A stretch of 64,000 nucleotides of DNA from Bigelowiella natans CCMP2755 (GCA_000320545.1 ADNK01001960.1:82805-146804), one strand, 5' to 3'. Counted from the stretch's first letter, positions 50,058 through 64,000 are shown. Notes: generated from the sequence alone by a model not told the origin. Numbers and translations: made by a program.

Positions 50058-52099
50058 TTAAAATGATGATACTGAAGAGTCAGTCGTAGAGGTTGCTAGG
50101 GAGGAGGCACTGTGACCGATTGCACTTCCTTGGAGGAACAGGGAAGTCTCCACGTTGTAATTGAGAAAATGCCTAAGCACACCTATTGTTGTAGGTTGTA
50201 AAAAAAGAATAAGAACATGATTTCTGATAAGTATTTCGGAATGAGTGCATCTCCCATCTGATGGATTTTATACAACTAATCAGATAATTTTATCAGGTGG
50301 CCTAAAGAGTATGACGGCACAGTAACCCGGTGCTCCAAATCATAAAAACTGCCGTCGTTGAGAAATGGCAATCGTACAAATGTCGGTCCCTCATCCTTTT
50401 CTCTCCCACAGTGTCGCATCAACGATACGTTGCAGGACGAGGAGTAGAATCATCGGTGGTTGCGTCTTTTTTAAACACTCAATTCGGTTGTTTTCTAACA
50501 GGCAGTAATGCTAGCTGCTGCTGCCGCTGCTGCTGCTGACATACCATCGTAGTGACCGCCGTTATTGCTGTTGGCAGCGGATATCCGCCAATTCGGTAGA
50601 GCTGATGATTATGGGGACGTGCGTTATATTCTCATGCTTTGTTCTATGGTTGAGTACGAGCTCGATTATAGTCACAGTACAGGATGTGCGGCCGCCGTTC
50701 CAAGCAGAGACCCGATGCTCCCTACGCTCATTAACAGCTAAAGTATCATTCGAAGACAGCAGGATGCAAGAAAAGGAAGAGCACGTGAAGCGATGAACTT
50801 TTAGACCAAGAAGAACCAACGATGGTGTGTCGAGACTGCGAGCTCATTAGAAAGACAGACGTTTTAACAGCAAGATAGAAACGACAACTTCGCCCTTTTT
50901 GCACGCACTTCGACCGTGTTGATATGCACACACACATACACATACACAAACAAAGGCATGCGTGCATCGTAACCTGCATTGTAATAGCGTTCTCTACATT
51001 TGGAGGAGTAGCGACGGATACGAAGGAAAGGCCTTTTTCCGTCGCCGTCGTATTGCACACACGCACACGCACACACCCCCAGCAAGAGAGAAAGATGGGG
51101 AAAGGGGGGTGGGGGGAGGAGGACGAGCACTGAATCAAAGAAGCTCTTTGCTATTCACATTAGCTCATGGAAATGAGTGAAAGCACTATTGATGAAGATG
51201 TTATATACATACACATCAGGCCAAAAATGACCACACAGCACCCTTAAGAATGGCGGTTTATTACTGAATTGAGAGAATCATCTCAACTATTAAATGATAG
51301 TAACATGTTGTGAAAATATGTGTATAATGATTATGTTACTGACCAGTGATCCAGCACCATTCAGCAAGTGTGTAGTACAAAACAAGGAGTGTAAGTCCCA
51401 ACAGCACGGAGCCCACTGCGAAGAGAAGACGGAGTCATCATTTGAGTGGTGGCGGTGGTGGTGATAACTCATGGTGTGGTGGTGTGTGTGGAAATAAGCA
51501 CCAACATAGCAATGTATAGCAAAGAATAACTAACGAGGCAGGTCAAGTCGATGATATCAACGGGAAATCTGAGAGGAAATTTCTTCTTCTTCTTCTTCTT
51601 CTTTTCCTTGTTCATAAGTGTCATCATCAACAACCATCATTCGTCGTCACCACCATCACCATCACCATCATCATCCTCATCATCAATTTTTCAAGGTTGC
51701 TTCTACCAAGATTCTCGAGTAGGGAGAATGCCACGAGTGTGCTGCACGCTGAGGAGGGGGGAGGAGGAGGCGGAGGAGGAGGAGGAGGAGGGGGAAGAGT
51801 TTCATAAAAACTCATTGTTTAGAAGCTTGCATCTCGTCAGCTCAAGGAACAGAATGACATTTCTTCAGATGGTGAAGTAAGAGAGTATGCGAGAGAGATA
51901 GAGAGAGAGATATTGAGAGAGAAGGGCGGGGAGGGGAGGGACAGAGAAAGAGAGGTGTTCACGTTTCGCGAAACCTAGTACTCCAAAGGTGTTGATGACA
52001 TTTTTATGGCCGAGCTGCAGATATCGAAGGAGGATGGAGAGAAAGAAGAAATATCACTTAAAAGAATGTGGATTTGGATGAGCGAAGGATGTTAATAAA

Positions 52100-52159
<60 letters not shown>

Positions 52160-52411
52160 ATATATCGAGCTAACACGCGTAAATGTATTATTGTCTATAA
52201 ATCGAGAACTTCTAATACACCAGCGATGCAATACGCGCAGTGCCTTTCGAAAGCAAGAAGCTAAATGCACTCTTCCTATCCCCTCAATCCGTGGATCATT
52301 TGTTTTTGATTGGGTGTGCGTGTTTGACAACGACCCTGTCTGAGAGGCCGAAGGAGAGCAAGCAACCTGCCATCTCCCCAAATCCCTGTTATCGTGATGC
52401 GGTTCATATGT

Positions 52412-52473
<62 letters not shown>

Positions 52474-52668
52474 TAATGAATTTAACGTCTGCTAGGTATG
52501 ATGACTCACGATGCTCCATCATCATCGTATTTTGACACGATGAGCTATGTATATGTATGTGTACTGCTACTTCTACCAAAATTATCGCTATCTTCACGCC
52601 TTCGCTACTACTACTACTACTATTACTACTATTACTACTACTACTGCTACTGCTACTACTACTACGAT

Positions 52669-52701
<33 letters not shown>

Positions 52702-53267
52702 CAAGATAGAAGTGGCAATTCCAACAGCTTTTTCGTCAAATCCATGGTCCTTTGCTAGCCTAAGAGAAGAGGCGATGAGCGCACCAACAACCCTACTTTC
52801 TACGACAACGACAACGACAACAACGATGATAGCTTTCTTTTATTGGTGAGGAGATTTTGGCTTGTAGAATACTTCCAGTAACACGGATGTGACGAACCCC
52901 CCCCCCCCCCGCGGAAGAGTGAAGCAATTGCAACAACCAGCATCCTCTGTATCATGACCTCATCACGTACCCATCCCCTCTCTATCGTCTTCTTCTTCTT
53001 TTTCTTGTTTTTCCTCCTCCTCTTCACTCACCACACTCCGAAGTTGGTATTGAATGCTGATGTAGCCCCCGTCAGGGCAAAGTTGAAAAGGTAATAAGTA
53101 ACCTTCAAGAAGAAGGAGGGGAGGGGAGAGAGGAGTAGGGAGAAAGACAGGTTGTTGTACAGACAAGCGATTAGAATGAGCGAGTCGACGAGCATCTTAT
53201 ATGATGTTAGCTTTTGTGTGAATGTGCGTGCATGCTCCGCTTTAACCCCGTCTCCTCGAAGAAGCAG

Positions 53268-53306
<39 letters not shown>

Positions 53307-54647
53307 ATGAAACGTTTTTGGTGAGTATTCTTAGATATGTGCTGCATCATCATTGTGGTATCTCTTCCTCGTTGCTTCCACCCTCTAATGTCACTGACCA
53401 GGACCCGACTTGCGAAGACAATAGCAGCGTTCTTCTGCATTAGATCCCACACGCCGGATAGCGACCCCCCTGCACACAAGTGGGTTGTAACAATACGAAT
53501 AATACTAATAATACTAATAATACAAATACGCCTAATCCCCAGCGTGGACGCACGCGACAAATCATCCTGCGCTGCTATGATTCGTAACAAGCTAGTGACG
53601 CAACGGATATTTTCACTGAAATCAGTCCTCAGTAACCGCCTTGTCGGTTCGGTAAGATGCTTTTGTTGGAACGTCCAATGCAGCATCACTCGAATCATCA
53701 CCACCACCACCAGCAGCAGCAGCACCACCACCACCACGAACACTGCAGTGCTCTATCACAGCTATCAATAAAGAGCTGCGGGTCTTCTTTCCTTGCAATG
53801 CAGGTACTGAAATGCTGGTAGTGGAACGGTAGTGATGATAATAAATAACGACAAGGGCCACTTACAGCAGGAGGCGCCGTCACCAAGCTTATGTCCGTCC
53901 TCCGTTTCGCTTCCCCCCTCGATCTTATTGACGCTCCCGTACTGCGAGTCGGGGTGCTTTGATGATGCAAGAAGAGGTATATTGCCTGTGAGATGTGATG
54001 ATACTGTTATCGGATTTTACCCTCTCTAGTGAAAGCTCATCATTAAACTATTTTCTAATTAATAATCGCCTGTGTAGGGTAAGTAAATCGTCGTCGTCAT
54101 CATCATCATCAGCAGCAGCATCAGCAGCATCAGCAGCATCAGCATCATCATCATGCGTGCCCCCCCCCCACCCCTCCCTCCCCTCCGATAAACCGTTTAC
54201 CTGTCTCACTTTTCGAATCCACATGGTGCTGCTGCTTCTCCTGCTGCCTCACATTCATATCCTACCCCCCGCAAACAAGTGAAAAACAGTTATCATAAAA
54301 ACAGGAACATTAGCTATTGGAAAGCAACGACGATGACGCTAATGCAAGCACAACAACAATCGTCAGAGCAGTCTTAAACAAGTCCAAAATTGAGCGCGCC
54401 GATCTACAACATGAGTACACTTCTTTACACTCAATGGCTGCTTCTCTGAGTGGCTACCTCTGGATAAAACGGAAATGCAATGAAAAGGCTTAAAAGAGAC
54501 AGCAGCCTGTGCGCGAATTGGAGGGGGAGGAGGAGGAAGTGCGCTCAGGAAGAATGAGGGGGGGGAAGGAGAAGTGATGACAATATGGTAAATATCTACG
54601 GGAAACCTATGGAAATTTACTTTTGAGGTGTGTATGTGTATTATATA

Positions 54648-54702
<55 letters not shown>

Positions 54703-54967
54703 ATATGTGCGTGTGTAAGATCGGTTGCATTGGATTGGTTCTAACCCCAGACCGAAGAATGCGGTGAGAGCGCCATCTAGTGATGAAGAGGGGTAGAGAA
54801 GATCGATCAGATGTGCAGTATGAGAAAGTGTCAAGAGATAGGAGGGGGGGGGGGGAGGGGGGTATCAATCACGTCACACCTTCGCCTACTACTCTTCCTC
54901 CTCTTACACTTAACGGAGGAAATGAGGAGCAGAGAAATGACGACGGAAGGAAGTCAGGAGAGAGAGG

Positions 54968-55004
<37 letters not shown>

Positions 55005-55307
55005 AGGGAGAAAGGACTATGAGATTAATAGAGTTTAAGAGGCTACGACATTGTCCTATCAGCTGCCCGAACATCCCAAGCATGATCGAAGAGAAGTTCC
55101 AACACATCTGGAAGAGAAAGGAACATAGCATTGTGAACACATCATCATCTTCATCATCATCTTCATCATCATCGTCGTCGTCGCCGCGTTGTTAGTCTTA
55201 TCTCGATTCCAAAACAACACACTCTCAGCGGCACTCTCGTTTTACTATAATAATTGGGGATTTTAGTTGGATGGCCAACGGATAAGACGTTTGTGCATGT
55301 TCTACAA

Positions 55308-55351
<44 letters not shown>

Positions 55352-56807
55352 TATGTTCCTTCGCACGTGCACATACGATTGTTGTAAGTACCTCGTATAC
55401 TGCTAGAAAGCGTGCTTTGTGCCCTGCTTCCACCTGAATTGCGTGAAAAAATTGAAGGAGGAGGAGGAGGAGGATGATGATGATGGCAACGACGGCGACG
55501 ATGATAATAATTATGATGATGCGTTTGCTTCGGTAAATAAATAATCGTATCCTCTCTTCTCCCTCCCTCCCTCTCTCTCTCTGAAAGAAAATCCACAACA
55601 CACAAATCGCGCAATTCGTGTACTGTTGTGAATGCTAACTACGGCTCACATACATAGTGCCCGATGATGGCGCGCTGCATGCTGCCGAGAAGGAAGAACC
55701 CGACTCCCGTCAGCAAACGAAGGGCCACCAAACCGAAAAGCGAGATCCTGATAGGAAGGATATCCGGATATGTTATATTTTTGGTTGTCGTGCTGCTATC
55801 ATCAAGGATTATTCATCATCATCATCATGATCATCATCATCATCATCGTCATCATCTTGTAGCTGCAATGATAGAAGACTCGTCGCAGCACCCTAGCTCC
55901 GCGAAGACAGGAACGAGTATCGGCACCAACAGCGTTGTCACGGTCTGTAACATATGCACGCCTGCGATGCTATATTTACTTATCTGCAGAAATCCAGGAG
56001 AGGGGGGGGGAGGAAGAGGAAGAGGAGGAGGAGGAGGAGGAGGAGGAGGAGGAGGGAGAAGAACCATACCATCACCAGAGCACCGAATTGTGTCATCATC
56101 ACTATATGCGTCCATCTCTGCTTTGGTAAGCTCCCTCTTCTCTCTCACTCTCTCTCACTCTCTCTCTCTCCCTCTCTCTCTCTATCTCTTTACGAGTGTG
56201 TGTGTGTGTGTGTGCGACATACAGAACGGAACGCAAGGATGATAAAGCCACATCCAATGCCTGAGAATACGTAAAGGAGAAAGTGGTGAAATTCGACTGA
56301 AAAATAGCGATTTTGGGCTCCTCATTGAGAAAAAGGACAAAAAAATTGACTTCCCAATGATCGCAACTTACTAGCTAAGTCCATTGCCAGTAGAAACACC
56401 GCATATTCATTCAGGTTCAGCCCGAGCGCTGGTGCTATAAATGGCGCGTAGCTTTAAGGGGGGGGGGACAGAAACATAACAAGACTCTTAGGACCCATTA
56501 AATGTGTATACTTAATGTATTCGTCATCATCGTCATCATACCTATCATCATCATCATCATCATCATCATCATCTTTCACCAGCGCATAATAAGTAGTAGT
56601 TATTACGGGTAGGCGAAGCGATAGATGAGGTTCGATGTAAGCTGCACCACAGAGAAGGCCGCAACGTGCCACCATGTAATGGCATATGGCGCTCGATCCT
56701 GAATCTTCTTCTCACCGCCCTCCTCTCCCTGAAAATTGGTTAATGCTGCAGTTAGCGCGGCCCAGCATGTGCTGTAGTATTATTCCAGTGAATCATCCTC
56801 GTACCAT
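50058..56807 (-). CDS. Major facilitator superfamily transporter split into >20 micro-exons
   Basis: AG/GT-bounded pieces: M|GEEGG...VVQLTSNLIYRFAYP|YAPFIAPALGLNLNEYA; ISLFGLVALRLLTGVGFFLLGSMQRAIIGHY; VEAGHKARFLAVYE; MCWNFSSIMLGMFGQLIGQ; VTYYLFNFALTGATSAFNTNFGVW; LAKDHGFDEKAVGIATSIL; GSVLLGLTLLVLYYTLAEW; GSIGSLLGTAAAHP; LYRIGGYPLPTAITAV. The full exon chain and the stop are not fully resolved. Confidence 0.72.
52605..52700. repeat. (TAC)n microsatellite in MFS intron
   Basis: Directly visible. Confidence 0.9.
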
Positions 56808-57358
56808 TTTTTCCTGCTTGGCTGTAAGTTTCTCGCGCGAGGTCGTCGCTGGGGACCTGAGGCCACGATGTGTCGGAGACTGCGAGCTATAGTAGCGGGT
56901 GGTGGCTGGCGGTGCTGCTTGGGGACACAAAGGGGGCGGGTTGTGAAGGAGCTTGTCGGCCGGCGAGCAGGAAGAACGAGATCCTTTTTTGATGTTGCGA
57001 CAACCTGAAAAGGCTTGTCGCAGGGAAATACGAGGCTGTCGCGAAGGAAAGTTTGCCGACGTTCTTGGAGCACTGCCGCGCTTGCATTGTGTTTTCCCCA
57101 TTTTTAGTCTACGTCTCGATATTTTCCAAGACGCAGTGGAAAACTCGTACGAAATCGCCCTGCGCGACAACAAAATTTTGCACTGCGCGACAAGGATATT
57201 GTGTCCTCGATAGATCGATGGGAGGGGGACAGGCCCGTCGGAGCATGCTTTCTTCGAACCTTCCAGCCAAACAAGCACGAACCTGCACATTCTGATGAGC
57301 TGCAATGGGTCTGAGATGACTTTCACCCCTCGTTCACTTCGGTAGAGGACATGAAATT

Positions 57359-57911
57359 ATGTGGATCGTCACCACCTTCGCATTGTTATCACTACTATGC
57401 CCCTGGGACGGAGTAGAAGCGACGACCACACATCCAGATGACCGCAATGCCGTTACGAACAGTAGCATCCATAGCGGTAGTAGCAGCAGGAGCAGCAGTA
57501 GGTCAAGTTTGATCTCCAACACCCCAACTTTTGCTGACATTGTTCTTCGCCACAATTCGAATGGTAATAATAACGATACAGCGGAGATTATTATTTGATT
57601 ATCTAACCTACTTCGGCAGAACAGCAAAGCCTTTTCTATGACCGCAAGTTGAGGTGTTGTGCAAATATTTTTCAACTTTATTGTTCGAAAAGATTCTGAC
57701 GAAGACATCGAGGCGAGGATCTACGAATTCTTCCAAAACTTCTGGCAGCGGCAGCCATTCCTGAACCAACGCTCTCTTCTCTCAACAGGAACAGAAGGTG
57801 CATGCATAAAAAACAGCAACAACAACAACAAACACACACGTGCATATGGACATATGGGTGCAAGTGTGCACATTTAAAGGGTTCTATCAATACTTCGTGG
57901 CTTGTCACCCC

Positions 57912-57942
<31 letters not shown>

Positions 57943-59049
57943 CTATCCTACTGCTCAGAAATGCCATCGTCACCGCTCCGTCTAATCCCACTCCTGCTGC
58001 CATTCGAGTTCCAAGATGTCGAATCTCTGGTTGTGGAGAAGATCGAGCCGTTTGCGGCGACGGTGCAGGGGGAAGGTGATGCTACCGATCTGCTGCCTCC
58101 CCAAAGCAAGTTTGGCACAATGTACCGCGTAGGAAAACCCCTCTTCCACATTTATGAATCGCATCATGAGCAGCAGCAGGAGGAGGAGGAGGAGGTGCCA
58201 TCATCGTCAGCTACTCTTCTGAAACGTATTAAGCGGGCGCTCAGGGTTGACGATGCAACACTCACGCTGAGGCATAAGGCCTCTCTTCTCCACCCTGCAC
58301 TAGCGACATTAGCACGAAGTATGGAGGTCGAAATCGGCGTAACCTGTGAGGCGAACCTGTATTGGTCGGGATCCAAATCTACATTGAATGCCTTTCATCC
58401 TCACTGGGACTCTCAAGACGTCTTCGTCCTTCAGCTCAAGGGCGCCAAGCGCTGGCAGCTGTTTCCCAGCAACAACATCATCAACAACAACAACACGAAT
58501 AACAAGGCCCTTCCTTTTGAGAGCGACAAGCCCGAAGACTGGCTGCCGATGGAGGATTCACCATTCTTCGACTCCCAGGAGCCGGTGCTCGATGTAGTGC
58601 TAAGGGAAGGCGATCTGCTCTACCTCCCACGTGGGCTGCCCCATTTCGTCTCCCCAGTCGCAGGAGAGCCCTCGCTGCATGTATCACTAACGATGGCGAC
58701 GGAAGGCTACAGCTTCAAGGAGGCTCTGCGGTTCGTGGTAGATGCAAGCACCGCCTTCGACCCCATTCTCACCAGCATGCCGTCGGCTGTGCAGCCAGCG
58801 ATCCGCAAAGAGCTTGCAGCCCTCATGAGATTGAAGAAGAAGAAGAAGAAGAAGAAGAAGAAGAAAAAGAGGCAGGTGGTAGAACTGTTTTGCTGATGAT
58901 GGAGGAGGGGGGAGGTGAGGCGGAGAGAGAGAGGGAAGGGGGGGGGCTGATACAATTACCAAAAAAAAGAAATGAACGATGATGCAGAAAGGGGTAGTAC
59001 CTAATCACAATCTTGCTCCTTCATAATTGCTTCTTCATACCCACATACA

Positions 59050-59091
<42 letters not shown>

Positions 59092-59113
59092 ACACACACT
59101 CACACACAACCAC

Positions 59114-59153
<40 letters not shown>

Positions 59154-59174
59154 AAATTCTGTAGACTATATTCT

Positions 59175-59214
<40 letters not shown>

Positions 59215-59974
59215 AATACGCATGCAGAGACGGTCATCACGACCTGCAGTCTCCCGATCATCGTTCCTACTACACGTGCTCGATGCAATGGCGGAAAGAG
59301 ACGCAAGGTTCCGACAATCAGTCCTTCCGCTCTCCAACGCAACATGGCCGACGATGCACGCTCTATCTCAGGCATGGATTCGAGCCTTCTCTGACCGCGG
59401 GGAGTCGGCTGTAGTTACTGACAGCGTGGCCTCTGCACTTGACGTTCAATGTCAAGCTGCTTGCAGGTCGCGTTTGAAACGGCTCTTGAAGCACCTAATC
59501 CAGGCCACCCTCTCCTCGAAGGATGAAGGTTGGCGTCTGGTCCAGGAAATCGAGATGAGGCTATTTATGGGGTACCGCTACTTCAACCCGCCCGCTCCGC
59601 CATCAAACTGCAAGACGAGCGTGAGGAATAAGGATGATGCGCGAAGTGTTCACGCCGCCACCACCCAATTGATGATATCTGAAAGTAGCGTCTTCCACGT
59701 GAACAGGCTGGAGCCCTGGCTGCTGGTGCGCTTCCCGAATGAAAGCGATGAAATTGGGCTACTCGCAAGTGATTCTATGATCGATGTGTTTCCTGCTGCA
59801 TACCGGGAGCTTCTAGCGACCGCATTGAGACACAGCGGCCCCAGTGGAGATCATGGCTCTACTAGCTTCTCGCTCCGAGATTTGACGCAGCTCTTCCCGG
59901 ATCTTCCGACCGACGAGATAGCTCGTGTTGTGAAGTCGTTTCTTGCGAGAAGGTTGATGTGCACTGTGCGATGA
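57359..59974 (+). CDS. JmjC/cupin-4 ribosomal oxygenase-like protein (NO66/MINA53/YcfD family) with N-terminal signal peptide; ~4 exons
   Basis: EFFQNFWQRQP; ANLYWS...AFHPHWDSQDVFVLQLKGAKRWQLF; LREGDLLYLPRGLPH; SLHVSL; AERDARFRQS; winged-helix-like C-terminus. N-terminus MWIVTTFALLSLLCPWDGVEA. Confidence 0.82.
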
Positions 59975-60501
59975 ATGATGTAGCAGGCAGCTGATTCGTC
60001 ACAACTTTTGTGCACAATGGCGCTGAAGCAAATCCAACGCTCATGCAAGAACATGGCATACCATGATGAACATGAGCACCTCTGCTAGACCTGCTGCTTC
60101 AGTGCGAGATGATGCACACGCGGCAGACATTGGACGGCAACAGCCACACTCAGTCGCATTTGGGTCGCACGTGCCGAATAAGAGCAGCATGAACCTGCAC
60201 TCGTCATTATTGAGCGGGTATCTAGAGACATCGTGTCACATGTCACATCGCATGCATAAAAAGCAGCACTGCGACATAAGCTGAGCTAGTAACGATGAAC
60301 AGAATAGAGTCAAACATGCAAATGTGCGAGTGGCGCGTGCACGTGTAGCAGCATCGCACATCAAATGATAAGCTAACTGCGTAAAAAGCAGGTGCAAAGT
60401 GCCTCTCCTGTCAAATTGTCTCCACATTGCAACGCTTTTGCACATGCGTCATGGAGTGCCAACGTCATGATGTGGTCAACGATGCAGCACAGATCGCACA
60501 A

Positions 60502-60627
60502 CTAATCCTCTTTCAATGCGGGCGCTCCTTCCTTGGGATGAGCAACACGAAGTCCCTCGAACAAACCCACCAGCAAAAGCACGTGGAGCCCGGTCAGCAG
60601 CATTGAGCTCGAGATCTGTTGTGTTCA

Positions 60628-60664
<37 letters not shown>

Positions 60665-61626
60665 ATGATTGCCTCCAGAAGCTGAGCTTCGGCGACGATG
60701 GCGAAGAAAACGATGACAGCAGTGGTGATGATGATGACCAATCGGCTACAGAAAGCTAATAGAAGGCATGTGATTGAAGAGCGTCTGATGTGTTTCGTCT
60801 CTCCTGACCGTGGAAGTTTCTCCTTCCCACGGGTTCCAACACATCTCCACGAGGACGAACATTAGGATCTGAGGGGAGACGAATGGTTGCAATGTGATGA
60901 TGATGACAGGTGTGCTGATGGCAATGTTGATCGATGGACCTGAAAGCGATGACACCGATGATGATGAAGAAAGAAATGACAAGTGTACACGGTGCAGCAC
61001 TGACACAGCGCATACGAGATGTAATGGAAGACTCGTTGTTGTGTGTGCGTAGCAGAATTCACATTAATACGCGCCGTTGAAGTTGTGTGCAGCGGTCGCA
61101 CCTTGACGATATCAGGAAAACGGGTACACCATAGAAGAAATGGCAGCGAGTGGAAGTACCTTCGATGCCACACATATATGGCAGCTATCAGGGATTGCTA
61201 TCACAAGGACATGTGCAATGGAGATATGCAGTGATACCATCTACTATACGAATGTATGCGTGCTTACATAAACCAACCATGCAGCAGCAGCAGCAGCAAG
61301 TATTCAAAGATGTGTGAGGCAGAAAAATGCCGTCAAGATACGTTCCCTCCACCACCGCCTCCTCCTCCTTCCCCCTACCCCTCCTTCAAAAAATGAAAAA
61401 TACGAGATTACCAGACGTAAAACTGGAAGTGCAGCGAGCGGCTAAATGCCACGCCTGATGATAATGACGATGATGATGATGATGATGATGGGTGGTCAGC
61501 AACAAGGTGCTCATTGAAAAACAACAACAAAAGCAAGTTTAAGGATGAGTTTGAGAGGAGAACCAATGAATCAATGAGGATATACTTTGCCAGCAGCAAC
61601 GAAGAGCGAATTAAGCTCTTGCTGCA

Positions 61627-61660
<34 letters not shown>

Positions 61661-61903
61661 ATCACCACCACCACCACCACTACCACTCTACTGCTACCCA
61701 CAATCATAATCAATAATTCTAGTGCTACTAGTTGGTAGTTGTCCCCCCGCCCCCCCCCCATCTTCTACCAGTACTACCGATGAAGTTTGAAAGAAGCATT
61801 ACAGTTACAATCTTTGAGGAGGGTTCAGCAAAGGGAAAGGAGAGGGGGGAGGAGGAAACCAAAAGTTCAGGGAGTAATCAGTGAGTAATTACGAGTCATG
61901 TGT

Positions 61904-61940
<37 letters not shown>

Positions 61941-62390
61941 CTTTTACACAAACCTGTGTATTTGTGAAGGGTTTATTCCCTCGAATAGCCGTCCAGAGGA
62001 ATGCCTCCTCTCTCTTCTCTCCCGTCTCTTGCCCCCCTGCTGAATAGCGTGCACGAAGTAAACAATAATGTCACGTATCCCCCCCCCCCCCCCCTCCTTC
62101 CGTCTCACGATGATAACAACCCAAAGAAGGGACTACTGGAGGAAACGATTGTGCCCTTACCATTCACAAGATCTCCTTTGATCGTCATCATCATCATCAT
62201 CATCTTCTTCTTCTTCATCATCAGCACATACGCATAAAGGCTCTCACCACCGCATTTGCAAGCAAAGAGCACCCAGCAGCACGCAGTGGCCGTGAGGAGT
62301 CCAATCCTATTCGTTTTGTGCGGAGGGTGTTAGTGCCGATCATGCCCATCGTCATCATTGTTATTATCGATGATTTGGAAGAGATGGTGA

Positions 62391-62470
<80 letters not shown>

Positions 62471-62827
62471 ATATATTAAATTATACACATATATAAATTT
62501 TCCACCACCCGAAGATCTTGGAGGTAAACAGCCCCTCACAGTCCCGCAGAAGCGTCTAATTCCAAGCACGCACACACACACACACGCACACATCATGCTG
62601 CTGTGAAAGACTGCATAACGTGGCTTCCCTGGTCGTTCTTTGATGATATTCTAGCATGGTTTGCCGACGATTGTGAGTGGAAAATCACCACCGCTCCTGC
62701 CTTCTCTATCAACTACCTCCTGGCCGGATGGAAGAGCTTCGCAAGGAACCCATTTGAAGTTTACGCTCCAGTATCGTTTGAAGGTCTTTGGGGGAGAAGA
62801 AGACATATTTACATATATTTATATATA

Positions 62828-62860
<33 letters not shown>

Positions 62861-62967
62861 CTATTTATTTACATAGTTTCGTATCTGTTTTCTATCCATC
62901 TCTGTGCTGCACACAATGTGAGCTCTCTCCTTCTCCTGTTGCTTGCACGCACGCACACATACTCACG

Positions 62968-63002
<35 letters not shown>

Positions 63003-63228
63003 GCTAGATTGAAGCTCTGAGATACGTACTCAATTGGGTACTGCATCAAGAAGGGGAATCCCACTGATAATGATGATGATGATCATGATGATGATGATAC
63101 AGAGGAAATGGAGGAGGAAAGTGGTAGTCAGATGAGGACATAAAGATTATCAAAGATGAGGATGATAGGGAGGAGGAGGGGGGGAGGAGAGCCTGTTTGC
63201 ACATTTGCGCCCGAGTACGATGAGCTCT

Positions 63229-63269
<41 letters not shown>

Positions 63270-63800
63270 CCCTCCTCACGCACACGCACACGCACACACA
63301 CACACACGCACGCACCAATGCCTTGGACAACAGCGCATACACCGATGTGAATAACAGCCGACCTATGTAAAAACAAAACAAGAAGCAATATATCCTCCGA
63401 CTCTCTCCTCCCTAGAGGGGGCGGGGGTCATCGCTGCCAATATTGTTGGCCCTGTATTCTTAAAAGGGATTGACATTGTTGTCCCCCCCCCCCAACCCCC
63501 GATCAAAGCATCATCTATCTCTCACCAAATGCCACCGTCTGCCAACAGGATGAGGAATAACCCAGGGGGAAAAAGAATATATTCTTCTGTACGGGAATCA
63601 TAGTTGAAGAACTTTCCGGCTCCGAGTACTACTCTAACCTATGTATAGCCAACGGTCGAGACGCAGATGGTAAGTAAAGGAGGCGGGGGAATTATTACAA
63701 CGGACGGGTCGCTGTTTACAGCGTCCTGTGCTTGTGCAAGTTGTTCAATGCTCTTGCTTGCCACCGCAGTAACATCGCATGTGTGCGTGCGCCACCTGAA
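60502..63800 (-). CDS. Putative micro-exon membrane protein gene, unresolved
   Basis: Short AG/GT-bounded hydrophobic segments between microsatellites (IGLLTATACCWVLFACK; ILMFVLVEMCWNPW; LVIIITTAVIVFFAIVAEAQ; SMLLTGLHVLLLVGLFEGLR...KED*). Frames and ends are uncertain. Confidence 0.35.
62393..62468. repeat. Long (TA)n microsatellite
   Basis: Directly visible. Confidence 0.95.
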
Positions 63801-64000
63801 CAATATTAGGGGGGGGAGGCCGCTCTGGAAAGCTAGGTACGGTAGCTAGCACGCAAGTATACACATGCAAATATCAGACCTACGAACGTCGTAGCATTTA
63901 CAAATACATGTTTTTTGCGGTGAAAACGCTGTACATGTATGTTCCTTAGATCTAGCAGGTATTCTCCGTCCAGTGTCTGCTATAGTGACTGTGATAATTG

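Overview
Eukaryotic nuclear DNA with GT-AG introns full of microsatellites. A bipartite-targeted plastid protein and an axonemal dynein suggest a flagellated alga with a secondary plastid; a chlorarachniophyte-like organism is my inference and is not verified. There are about 14 protein-coding genes: a DDX21/RH3-type DEAD-box helicase with a C-terminal S1 domain (5' partial), an inner-arm dynein heavy chain, a PAP/fibrillin-like protein, NAF1, a multi-TM protein, a SUN-domain protein, a 3-hydroxyisobutyrate dehydrogenase-family enzyme, a small hypothetical protein, an intron-containing gammaproteobacterial-type PdxY, two tandem SAM-domain paralogues, a C2 + 5x SH3b-like protein, a micro-exon MFS transporter and a signal-peptide-bearing JmjC ribosomal-oxygenase-like protein. 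A poorly resolved minus-strand membrane protein gene may occupy the right end. The window also holds three tRNA-Ser genes (one with an anomalous ACT anticodon) plus a tRNA-Ala-like half, and relics of two non-LTR retrotransposon families. The most striking signal is a set of intergenic/TE tracts in which TpA has been almost completely converted to TpG/CpA on both strands while TAG/CTAG is spared. This looks like a repeat-associated, context-specific A-to-G hypermutation process running in the opposite direction to fungal RIP. Exon boundaries and dinucleotide counts were made by eye and need computational confirmation.
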